Shown here one piece after another: positions 1 to 9,183 of a stretch of DNA of 32,000 nt. Both the position numbers and the translations under genes were made by a program. Source of the DNA: Bellilinea caldifistulae. Its GTDB lineage: Bacteria; Chloroflexota; Anaerolineae; Anaerolineales; Anaerolineaceae. The stretch is taken from the NCBI RefSeq assembly GCF_001306055.1, contig NZ_LGHJ01000010.1, forward strand, positions 30,001 through 62,000, written 5' to 3'. The notes under the pieces are model-generated. The model had not been told where the DNA came from, did no database searches, and saw only the letters and a program-made list of their open reading frames with translations. Within the stretch, counting starts at the first letter, position 1. Every line of letters starts with the position of its first letter.

Positions 1-2
1 CC

Positions 3-365
3 CGTGCGTCCTTACAGCAAATCATGTATGACCCAAATGCCCTGTCCGATGATCTGATCAACGAGGTGTATGAAGAGATCCGACGTCCCCGGGCAGGCAT
101 GGCCTTTCGTTCTTTTCAGCGTCATGAAGTTCTTCGCGACGGTGTGCGTACCTGTTATCTGGATCGCTTGAAGGAAATTCAGGCTGAAACGTTATTCATA
201 CATGGGGAAAATGACCGTTTGGTGCCGGTGGAGTGTGCTCGAGAAGCCCACGCCAGGCTCCCCGGTTCGCGGCTGGAGGTCATACCGGCTTGCGGGCACT
301 GGCCGCAGCGCGAAAAACCGGATGAGTTTAATCGGATTTTGCTGGATTTTCTGCAAACTTCCTGA
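3..365 (+). CDS. alpha/beta-fold hydrolase, C-terminal fragment (5' end lies outside the window)
   Basis: The frame is open from base 3 to the TGA at 363-365. The translated tail (HGENDRLVPV...IPACGHWPQREKPDEF) matches the catalytic-His region at the C-terminus of alpha/beta hydrolase fold enzymes. Confidence 0.75.
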   Translation, partial: RASLQQIMYDPNALSDDLINEVYEEIRRPRAGMAFRSFQRHEVLRDGVRTCYLDRLKEIQAETLFIHGENDRLVPVECAREAHARLPGSRLEVIPACGHWPQREKPDEFNRILLDFLQTS

Positions 366-402
366 TCAATCCGACCATTCCAAAAAAGAACAGGATAATA
401 AA

Positions 403-2010
403 ATGGACAATCAGTATCTTTGGTGGCGAGATGGGGTCATTTATCAGATTTATCCGCGTTCCTTTGCGGATAGCAATGGTGATGGAATTGGTGATTTGAA
501 CGGCATCCGCAGCCGTCTGGATTATCTGGCGGAATTGGGGGTGGATGCTATCTGGCTTTCGCCGATTAATCCATCGCCGGATGTGGACTTTGGCTATGAC
601 GTCAGTAATTATCTCGATATTGATCCGAAATTCGGGACGCTGGCTGATTTTGATGCGCTGGTTGATGAGGCGCATCGGCGCGGCATTCGGATTGTTTTGG
701 ATTTGGTGCTGAATCACACCTCGGATCAGCATCCCTGGTTTATTCAGTCGCGCAGCAGCCGGGATAATCCCTTTCGGGATTATTACCTGTGGCGTGATCC
801 GGCTGCGGATGGCGGCCCTCCCAATAACTGGCAATCCATTTTTGGCGGAAGTGCATGGGAATGGGATGCTCAAACCGGCCAGTACTACTATCACATGTTT
901 TACAAAGAACAACCGGATGTCAACTGGCGAAACCCGCCAGTGCGCAAGGCGCTGCTGGATGTATTCCGTTTTTGGTGCGACCGCGGGGTGGATGGCTACC
1001 GGCTGGATGTTTTCAATATGTATTTCAAGCATCCTGATTTTCCGGATAATCCGCCGGCGGTGGGTTTACGCGGTTTTGACCGCCAAAAGCACATTTACGA
1101 TTGTGATCAGCCGGAGATGTTTCCCCTGCTACGGGAGATTCGCGCCATCCTCGATTCATATCCGGAGCGGTTTGCCGTCGGGGAAACCTTCCTTTCTACC
1201 CCCCAGAAAGCAGCATCTTACTGCGCTGCTGGCTTGCTGCACACCACCTTCGATTTTACCTTCCTGCATTCCCCATGGAAGCCGGCACGCTTTTTGAAGG
1301 CGATTCAGGATTGGGAGCAGGCCTTGCAGCAGGAGGGCTGGCCAACCTACGTGCTGAATAATCACGACAACCCGCGATCAGCTACTCGTTACGGCCAGGG
1401 TGAGGATGACAACCGCCTGCAAGTGGCAGCCGCCCTGCTCCTGACCCAACATGGGACGCCTTTTCTTTACTACGGTGAGGAAATTGGGATGCGTGACATT
1501 CCCATCACTCGTGAAATGGTACAAGATCCAGTGGGTAAGCGTTTTTGGCCGCTTTATAAAGGGCGCGATGGGTGTCGTTCGCCGATGCAGTGGAATGACA
1601 GCCCCAATGCCGGTTTTAGCACCGGAAAACCGTGGTTGCCCGTCCACGCCAATTACCGGCAACGCAATGTCTCAGCTCAGCAAAATCAACCGGATTCCCT
1701 GTACCACTTTTACCGCAAGTTGATTCAGCTGCGCAAGGAATACCCGGTGTTGAGAAATGGTTTCTTCCAGCCTCTGACGTTTGAACCCCAGCGGTTACTG
1801 GCTTACCTGCGTCAAAATGCCGACCAAACCATTCTGGTTGCGCTCAATTTTGGTAAACGCCCGGTACGCCTGGCGTTGGGCGGCATGGTGCGGCGCGCAA
1901 GTTGGAAATTGCTTTTGTCCAACCGACGCGACCATTTGCCGCCGTTGAAGGACGGTTTGTTGCTTCCGCTGGAAGGCCACGAAGTCTTGATTCTGCTGCA
2001 AGAAGCCTGA
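403..2010 (+). CDS. GH13 alpha-glucosidase / oligo-1,6-glucosidase family (535 aa)
   Basis: I moved the start from 202 to the ATG at 403 because the upstream part overlaps the hydrolase gene. The N-terminus MDNQYLWWRDGVIYQIYPRSF is canonical. GH13 conserved regions are present: DAIWLSPI, VLDLVLNHTS, GVDGYRLDV, FAVGE, NNHDNPR. Confidence 0.9.
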   Translation: MDNQYLWWRDGVIYQIYPRSFADSNGDGIGDLNGIRSRLDYLAELGVDAIWLSPINPSPDVDFGYDVSNYLDIDPKFGTLADFDALVDEAHRRGIRIVLDLVLNHTSDQHPWFIQSRSSRDNPFRDYYLWRDPAADGGPPNNWQSIFGGSAWEWDAQTGQYYYHMFYKEQPDVNWRNPPVRKALLDVFRFWCDRGVDGYRLDVFNMYFKHPDFPDNPPAVGLRGFDRQKHIYDCDQPEMFPLLREIRAILDSYPERFAVGETFLSTPQKAASYCAAGLLHTTFDFTFLHSPWKPARFLKAIQDWEQALQQEGWPTYVLNNHDNPRSATRYGQGEDDNRLQVAAALLLTQHGTPFLYYGEEIGMRDIPITREMVQDPVGKRFWPLYKGRDGCRSPMQWNDSPNAGFSTGKPWLPVHANYRQRNVSAQQNQPDSLYHFYRKLIQLRKEYPVLRNGFFQPLTFEPQRLLAYLRQNADQTILVALNFGKRPVRLALGGMVRRASWKLLLSNRRDHLPPLKDGLLLPLEGHEVLILLQEA

Positions 2011-2016
2011 TTGGCT

Positions 2017-3120
2017 TTATTCTTCTTCGCCTGTGGTTTCTCCCAACACTTCTAGATCGAACGGCACACCGACCTGCTCGCCGGCTTCGCGTAAGCCTTT
2101 TACCACTTCAACCAGCAGGGGAATGCCTCTCTGACGGTTCAAAGCCTCCAGCTCAAACTCTTTTTCGCCGTGAATGTAGATGCGTTCCTGCCCTTCGGCT
2201 TTGGGGGCATTTTTTAGGGTTTGAATCAGGCGATCCAGGTCGGCTTTGAATTCCTGCGGGTCGCGGAAGGCGTCAATGCGGATGGCGGCAAAGAAATGCC
2301 CGACATTGGCGGGTTGATCTTTACCGACCGAGCCCACAAATGGCCCGGTGGCTGCACCGGAAAGTACCCCGGAGAAGATATCCACCCACAAGGCTAAACC
2401 GTAACCTTTATAACCGCGCATGATGTCGGTACCGCCTAACGGCAGTAAGGCACCGCCTTGCAGCACGGCTTTCGGATCGGTGGTCACCTGGCCGTTTTGG
2501 TCAATTCCCCAGCCTTCGGGGATTTTTTCGCCGGCTTTGTCGTACACCGTGATCTTGCCGATGGGGACAATGCTGGTTGCCATGTCCAGTACGTAAGGTC
2601 GTTCGTGCAAGGCGGGGGCTGCCACTGCAATTGGGTTGGTGCCGAGGATACGGGTGCGTCCATAAGTGGGAGCCACCAGCGGCTGGGCGTTGGTGAAGGA
2701 AATCCCGATCATGTCATGCGGCAAGGCCATCATGGCGTAATAGCCGGCAATTCCGTAATGATTGCTGTTGCGTACCGAAGCCAGCGCAACACCGTTTTCC
2801 CCGGCTTTTTGGATGACGCGCTGCATGGTGTGGTAACCGACCACCATGCCCAAACCGTTGCCACCATCCACCAGGAGGGTGGTGGGGGTTTCGCGGACGA
2901 TCTGGTAGGGGGAAGCCGGATCAATCAGCCCTTTGAGGATGCGGCTGCCGTAATAACTGTGCAGGCGGATGATGCCGTGAGAACTGACCCCGCGTAAATC
3001 GGCTGAAATCAACACGTCTGCTGCGATGCGGGCGTGTTCTTCGGTGACATTCAAACGGGTGAAGAAGCGGATGATGTAGTTTCTCAGGTCTTCAACACGG
3101 AATAATTGAGCAAGCGGCAT
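2017..3120 (-). CDS. Ldh2-family (type 2 malate/L-lactate/ureidoglycolate/sulfolactate) dehydrogenase (367 aa)
   Basis: The start is set at the ATG at 3120, preceded by GGAGGAG with 7-nt spacing. The sequence shows Ldh_2 family signatures (ADLRGVSSHGI, NSNHYG, GGYKGYGLA). Substrate cannot be assigned from sequence. Confidence 0.85.
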   Translation of the reverse strand: MPLAQLFRVEDLRNYIIRFFTRLNVTEEHARIAADVLISADLRGVSSHGIIRLHSYYGSRILKGLIDPASPYQIVRETPTTLLVDGGNGLGMVVGYHTMQRVIQKAGENGVALASVRNSNHYGIAGYYAMMALPHDMIGISFTNAQPLVAPTYGRTRILGTNPIAVAAPALHERPYVLDMATSIVPIGKITVYDKAGEKIPEGWGIDQNGQVTTDPKAVLQGGALLPLGGTDIMRGYKGYGLALWVDIFSGVLSGAATGPFVGSVGKDQPANVGHFFAAIRIDAFRDPQEFKADLDRLIQTLKNAPKAEGQERIYIHGEKEFELEALNRQRGIPLLVEVVKGLREAGEQVGVPFDLEVLGETTGEEE

Positions 3121-3158
3121 GATCGGACTCCTCCAATTTGGCGAAATTTGATTTGCAA

Positions 3159-5150
<1,992 letters not shown>

Positions 5151-6149
5151 TTATGCCTGCACCATTCTTGCACTTTGCTGTTTGATTAATTCCATCAACC
5201 AGCGCAAACCGCTCCGAAAATAGATAAAACTGGCGGTTAGCAAACTGGTGTAAATAAACGCATGTCCCAAAATACCGACCAGGGTCAACCACGAACTGGT
5301 GGGCGGGATTTTCCATAGAATATCCATGCCCTGAGCAATCAAAATTGCAGCAACCAGAAAAAGACTGCTGCCGGTCAGATGATTGCGCACCAGACGGACG
5401 CTGGTCAATGCGGAAACCAGCAGGTTGCGCTGACCGAGAAAAATGCTATGCGGCGTGAAAATCAATGGAATAAAGAGCCAGATCAGTAAGAACAGAACCG
5501 CCAACAGAGCAATACTGCCTAAACTGGCATTGATCATTGCCAGCAGGGAGACGATCGCCGAAGCGGGCAGACTGATCAGAAAGACCGCGAAAAGGATTGT
5601 CAGAATAAAAACAGCGCATAATCCCGATTGCACCAGGAAAGCTTTGAATTCAAACTTAATGGGGGTTTCGCCGGAGGAACGCGCCAGTGTATTCAGGAAG
5701 AGACAGCCCATCAGGAAACCGATGACGAGAAAGAGAACCCACCAGCCAAATGCGGAAGAGAAGGAGTTGATCTCTAACACGGCGGGCTGACCAAACGGCG
5801 TTAAGTCGCTCATGCGGTTTGCCATCAGGCTCGGCAGACCGATTGGAAAAGTCTGTAATGCGCTGGCAAGATTATAAGTCTTCAGGCTTTCAATCCAGAG
5901 CGCGGTGAGGTCGTTGACCTGTTGGGCAATTTCCGCCGATGCAAAACGGCTGATGGTATTGGCGTATTCGGTCAACAAAGGAGTGAACAACCGGTCAATG
6001 CGGAATTGCGGACCGAGCCACAAAAACACATCCAGCAACACCGGTAAAATTATCAAATAAACTTTGCCGGCAACGGTATTGAACCCCGCGCTGAGGGCTG
6101 GTATCAGGCGAGGCGGGGTGATTAAATTCATATCTGCTTCTGATGCCAT
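5151..6149 (-). CDS. hypothetical polytopic membrane protein (332 aa, or 326 aa from the second ATG at 6131)
   Basis: A long ORF with several hydrophobic helices and no family I recognise. It is co-directional with gyrB, 69 nt upstream of it. There is no SD; a TGGTAAAAT box lies 9 nt upstream of the ATG. Confidence 0.6.
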   Translation of the reverse strand: MASEADMNLITPPRLIPALSAGFNTVAGKVYLIILPVLLDVFLWLGPQFRIDRLFTPLLTEYANTISRFASAEIAQQVNDLTALWIESLKTYNLASALQTFPIGLPSLMANRMSDLTPFGQPAVLEINSFSSAFGWWVLFLVIGFLMGCLFLNTLARSSGETPIKFEFKAFLVQSGLCAVFILTILFAVFLISLPASAIVSLLAMINASLGSIALLAVLFLLIWLFIPLIFTPHSIFLGQRNLLVSALTSVRLVRNHLTGSSLFLVAAILIAQGMDILWKIPPTSSWLTLVGILGHAFIYTSLLTASFIYFRSGLRWLMELIKQQSARMVQA

Positions 6150-6158
6150 ACAAGGTTT

Positions 6159-6167
6159 ATTTTACCA
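6159..6167 (-). promoter_or_regulatory. extended -10 element (TGGTAAAAT on the minus strand) for the 5151..6149 gene
   Basis: The forward sequence attttacca at 6159-6167 is the reverse complement of TGGTAAAAT. It lies 9 nt from the ATG at 6149, and no Shine-Dalgarno sits between them. Confidence 0.35.
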
Positions 6168-6203
6168 TACTCATCCTCTCTGGCAGGGATTGCCCGTCGG
6201 CGG

Positions 6204-6209
6204 TAAAAT
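6204..6209 (+). promoter_or_regulatory. -10-like element TAAAAT for the 6216..7031 gene
   Basis: TAAAAT ends 6 nt before the ATG at 6216 and there is no SD. The -35 is poor (TGGCAG at 17-nt spacing). Confidence 0.3.
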
Positions 6210-6215
6210 CAAATT

Positions 6216-7031
6216 ATGCAATCCCACCGTCACTTACCCGATGCCGACCGGCTGAGCGTGGTGGCAGCCGTCATTCTGCTGGGGTATGCCCTGACTCCCT
6301 TTGTTTCTCTGCCGGAACGCCTGGTTAGTTTGCAACTGCCCGGGTTTTTCTTCGAGATGCGCCTGAATTTTTCCACCCTGGTGGCCATTCTGGTTTCCCT
6401 CATTGCCGCAGCTGGCACCGACTGGTTGATTCAAACTCATCCTCATCTGGAGGGCAAAGTCCGTTTACCGCACTGGTTGCTGCCGGCTCTGACGGCATGG
6501 GCGATTGGTGTGCCACTGACCACCCTGCAAGTTGGAGTGGAGTGGTGGGTGGTTTTTACGCTGGGCGGTGTGCTTTTCCTCATGGTTGTGCTGGCCGAAT
6601 ACATTGTGGTGGATACGCAGGATATTCGCCACGCACCGGCTTCGATCGGCCTGACGGCTGTTTCATTTGCCTTATATCTGGTGCTGGCGGTGAGTGTACA
6701 TGCAGCCGGTTTACGGCTTTACACGCTGATTTTGACGCTTGCACCAACCCTTTTCCTGATCAGTCTGCGTTCTCTTTATTTGCGTAGCGGTGGAAGGTGG
6801 TATCCGGCATGGGCAGCAGGGATCACGCTGGTGGTCAGCCAGCTGGCGGTTGGGTTGCATTACCTGCCACTTACGCCGTTGCGGTTTGGTTTGCTTTTAC
6901 TGGCAGCCGCTTATGGGCTCACCAGTCTGGCAGCCGGTTTAGAAGAAGGCCGGGGATTACGTTTTGTGTGGGTTGAACCGCTGGTTATGGCGGTTTTACT
7001 GGTTGGGGTTTCCCTGCTTGTGAGGGTTTAA
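6216..7031 (+). CDS. hypothetical polytopic membrane protein (271 aa, about 8 predicted helices)
   Basis: A hydrophobic ORF with no recognisable family. Its stop codon TAA (7029-7031) directly abuts the TTG start of the JAMM gene. Confidence 0.6.
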   Translation: MQSHRHLPDADRLSVVAAVILLGYALTPFVSLPERLVSLQLPGFFFEMRLNFSTLVAILVSLIAAAGTDWLIQTHPHLEGKVRLPHWLLPALTAWAIGVPLTTLQVGVEWWVVFTLGGVLFLMVVLAEYIVVDTQDIRHAPASIGLTAVSFALYLVLAVSVHAAGLRLYTLILTLAPTLFLISLRSLYLRSGGRWYPAWAAGITLVVSQLAVGLHYLPLTPLRFGLLLLAAAYGLTSLAAGLEEGRGLRFVWVEPLVMAVLLVGVSLLVRV

Positions 7032-7442
7032 TTGAAAAATTTAAAATTGCGCGCTCACCATTTCCAACAAATGCAAGACCACATTTTTCAGAACCTGCCC
7101 GAAGAAGCCTGCGGAATGCTGGGCGGGAGGGGCGATCAGGTAGAGGTGGTCATTCCCATCACCAATCAGGCTCACAGTCCGGTTCGTTTCTACATGAACC
7201 CGGTTGAAATGTTAAGAGCTTTTGATTGGCTGGAAGAAAATCAAATGGAAATGATTGCCACATTTCACTCTCATCCGATGGGGCCGTTACATCCATCGGA
7301 AAGCGATGTTCAGGAGTTTGCCTACCCCGGCACTGCCGTGCTGATCTGGTCACCAGTGGATGAACAGCGCTGGGGCGTCCGAGGATTCATGATTGAGGCT
7401 GCCGGGTATCGCGAAATTGGCTTAATCTTGTTAGAATCGTAA
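7032..7442 (+). CDS. JAMM/MPN+ (Mov34, M67-family) zinc metalloprotease, stand-alone 136 aa
   Basis: TTG start at 7032 with GAGGG 5 nt upstream. The catalytic Glu is in the EEACG context. There is an exact JAMM motif H-x-H-x7-S-x2-D (HSHPMGPLHPSESD, nt 7266-7307). Confidence 0.8.
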   Translation: MKNLKLRAHHFQQMQDHIFQNLPEEACGMLGGRGDQVEVVIPITNQAHSPVRFYMNPVEMLRAFDWLEENQMEMIATFHSHPMGPLHPSESDVQEFAYPGTAVLIWSPVDEQRWGVRGFMIEAAGYREIGLILLES

Positions 7443-7484
7443 CCTGATAAAGGGTTGCGGGTTATAAACGCTGGAGGAAGAGTG

Positions 7485-8225
7485 ATGGAAGGATGGTTGA
7501 CCACAGGACTGGTATTGTTGGGGGCGTATATCATCGGCTCGGTGCCGTTTGGACTGGTGATTGTCTGGATTGCCCGCGGTAAAGACTTGCGTCAGATTGA
7601 AAGCGGCCGGACAGGCGGTACCAACGCCATGCGAGCCGCTGGTTTTCTGGCGGGGCTTTTTACGGCCATTTTCGATGTCCTTAAAGGTTCGGCGGCGGTT
7701 TGGCTGGCAGCGTATGTGTTTCCGGAGCAGATTTGGGTGCGGGCAGCGGCCGGCTTACTGGCGATTCTCGGTCACAATTATTCCGTATTTCTGATCGAAT
7801 CGCGCGCGAAGGGCGGTATTCGATTGCGCGGTGGGGCAGGCGGCGCGCCGGCTTTTGGGGCTACGCTGGCACTTTTCCCGCCGGCAGCCTTGATCATCTT
7901 CCCGTTAGGCGTACTGGTGTATGTGGGAATTGGCTATGCTTCCGTCACAACAATGAGCATTGCCTTCTTTGCAACGATCATCTTTCTGGTGCGGGCATTG
8001 CAAGGTCTTTCCCCGTGGGAATATGTTGCCTTTGGGGTGGGCGCATTGGCGGCGGTGATCTGGTCACTACGTCCCAATATTGAGCGGTTACGCAACGGCA
8101 CAGAACGGGCGGTTGGTCTGCGGGCTTATTTGCAAAAACGCAAAGCTCAGCAAAGCGAAAATAATGAAAACGGCTCGCTCAAAGCGAACCGTCCAAAACA
8201 GGAACACGCCCGAAAAGGACTTTAG
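7485..8225 (+). CDS. plsY: glycerol-3-phosphate acyltransferase PlsY (acyl-phosphate dependent)
   Basis: I chose the ATG at 7485, which has GGAGG 7 nt upstream. The sequence shows GSVPFG, SGRTGGTNAMRA and ILGHNYSVF motifs. A roughly 40-aa basic, hydrophilic C-terminal tail is unusual but in frame. Confidence 0.9.
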   Translation: MEGWLTTGLVLLGAYIIGSVPFGLVIVWIARGKDLRQIESGRTGGTNAMRAAGFLAGLFTAIFDVLKGSAAVWLAAYVFPEQIWVRAAAGLLAILGHNYSVFLIESRAKGGIRLRGGAGGAPAFGATLALFPPAALIIFPLGVLVYVGIGYASVTTMSIAFFATIIFLVRALQGLSPWEYVAFGVGALAAVIWSLRPNIERLRNGTERAVGLRAYLQKRKAQQSENNENGSLKANRPKQEHARKGL

Positions 8226-8228
8226 ACC

Positions 8229-9086
8229 TTAATCGGCCGGGGTGATGACAACCCCTTCCTCTGCGGCGATTTGCTTGAAAAGAAAGCGCACATTGCGTTT
8301 GTGCAATTCCTCGGCGAGGCCGCCGAGATAGACGCGGCTCTTGCCACAGGATTCAATATCAATCGTTGCAAGTACTTCCAGTGGATTTTTTCGCCGGACG
8401 GCGGCGCGGACGGCTTTTCGCACGTTATTGAGATAATTGAGGTTTTCCTGGACGGCGTCGTCAATTTCTCCGCGCAGGATGATGTCGCCGTGGCCCTGAA
8501 TGATGTTTTCCAACCCCATTTTTCCGATCCGGCGAATCGTTTCACTGAGTACATCCGGATCACCATCCACCACATAGGGCAAAGGCAGGAAGGCATCACC
8601 GGCGAACAAAACACGGTCTTCCTCCACCAGCACTGAGATGCCGTCGCGGCTGTGACCGGGGGTGTGGGTAAGGATCAGATTCTTTTTACCAATCCGCAAA
8701 GAAAGGTCACCGCCTTCGAATGTGAGGTGCGGATAAACCAGTTTAACCTGTTTGAAGGCAGGGTTTTGTCGCCGGGCAGATTCCAGGGATGCCGGGCCGC
8801 GCAATTCCATCAATTCGCGGCAGAGGGTGTGAGAAATTACGGTTGCGCCCGGGAAGAAACAATTGCCCCAGGTGTGATCGGCATGATGGTGGGTGTTGAT
8901 GATGTAACGCACCGGTACACCGAGGGTTTCTTCAATAAACGAACGCATGGCAAGTGTTTCCTCGGGAATTGCCAATGTGTCAATCACCACAGCCCATTGA
9001 GGTCCGGTTATTGCCCCCGCTGTGACCTGAGCGTAGATTTCACTTTGAAACCAGTAAACATTTTCGGAGATGCGCTCGCGCTGCAT
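8229..9086 (-). CDS. MBL-fold metallo-hydrolase (285 aa)
   Basis: It has the HxHxDH motif (THHHADHTWG) plus downstream TPGHS and GD / H ligand positions. GGAG lies 5 nt upstream of the ATG at 9086. Confidence 0.85.
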   Translation of the reverse strand: MQRERISENVYWFQSEIYAQVTAGAITGPQWAVVIDTLAIPEETLAMRSFIEETLGVPVRYIINTHHHADHTWGNCFFPGATVISHTLCRELMELRGPASLESARRQNPAFKQVKLVYPHLTFEGGDLSLRIGKKNLILTHTPGHSRDGISVLVEEDRVLFAGDAFLPLPYVVDGDPDVLSETIRRIGKMGLENIIQGHGDIILRGEIDDAVQENLNYLNNVRKAVRAAVRRKNPLEVLATIDIESCGKSRVYLGGLAEELHKRNVRFLFKQIAAEEGVVITPAD

Positions 9087-9128
9087 ACCTGCTCCAAGTG
9101 TTGAATTGGATGGGTGTTACAGGTGCAA

Positions 9129-9157
9129 AGAATAGCATAAAAAAGATCAAATGTCAA
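9129..9157 (-). promoter_or_regulatory. sigma70-type promoter for the MBL hydrolase gene (TTGACA-17 nt-TATTCT on the minus strand)
   Basis: The forward tgtcaa at 9152-9157 and agaata at 9129-9134 are separated by exactly 17 nt. The element sits in the 97-nt gap upstream of the ATG at 9086. Confidence 0.5.
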
Positions 9158-9183
9158 AATTCCCGCGGCAATGGAATGAAGGT

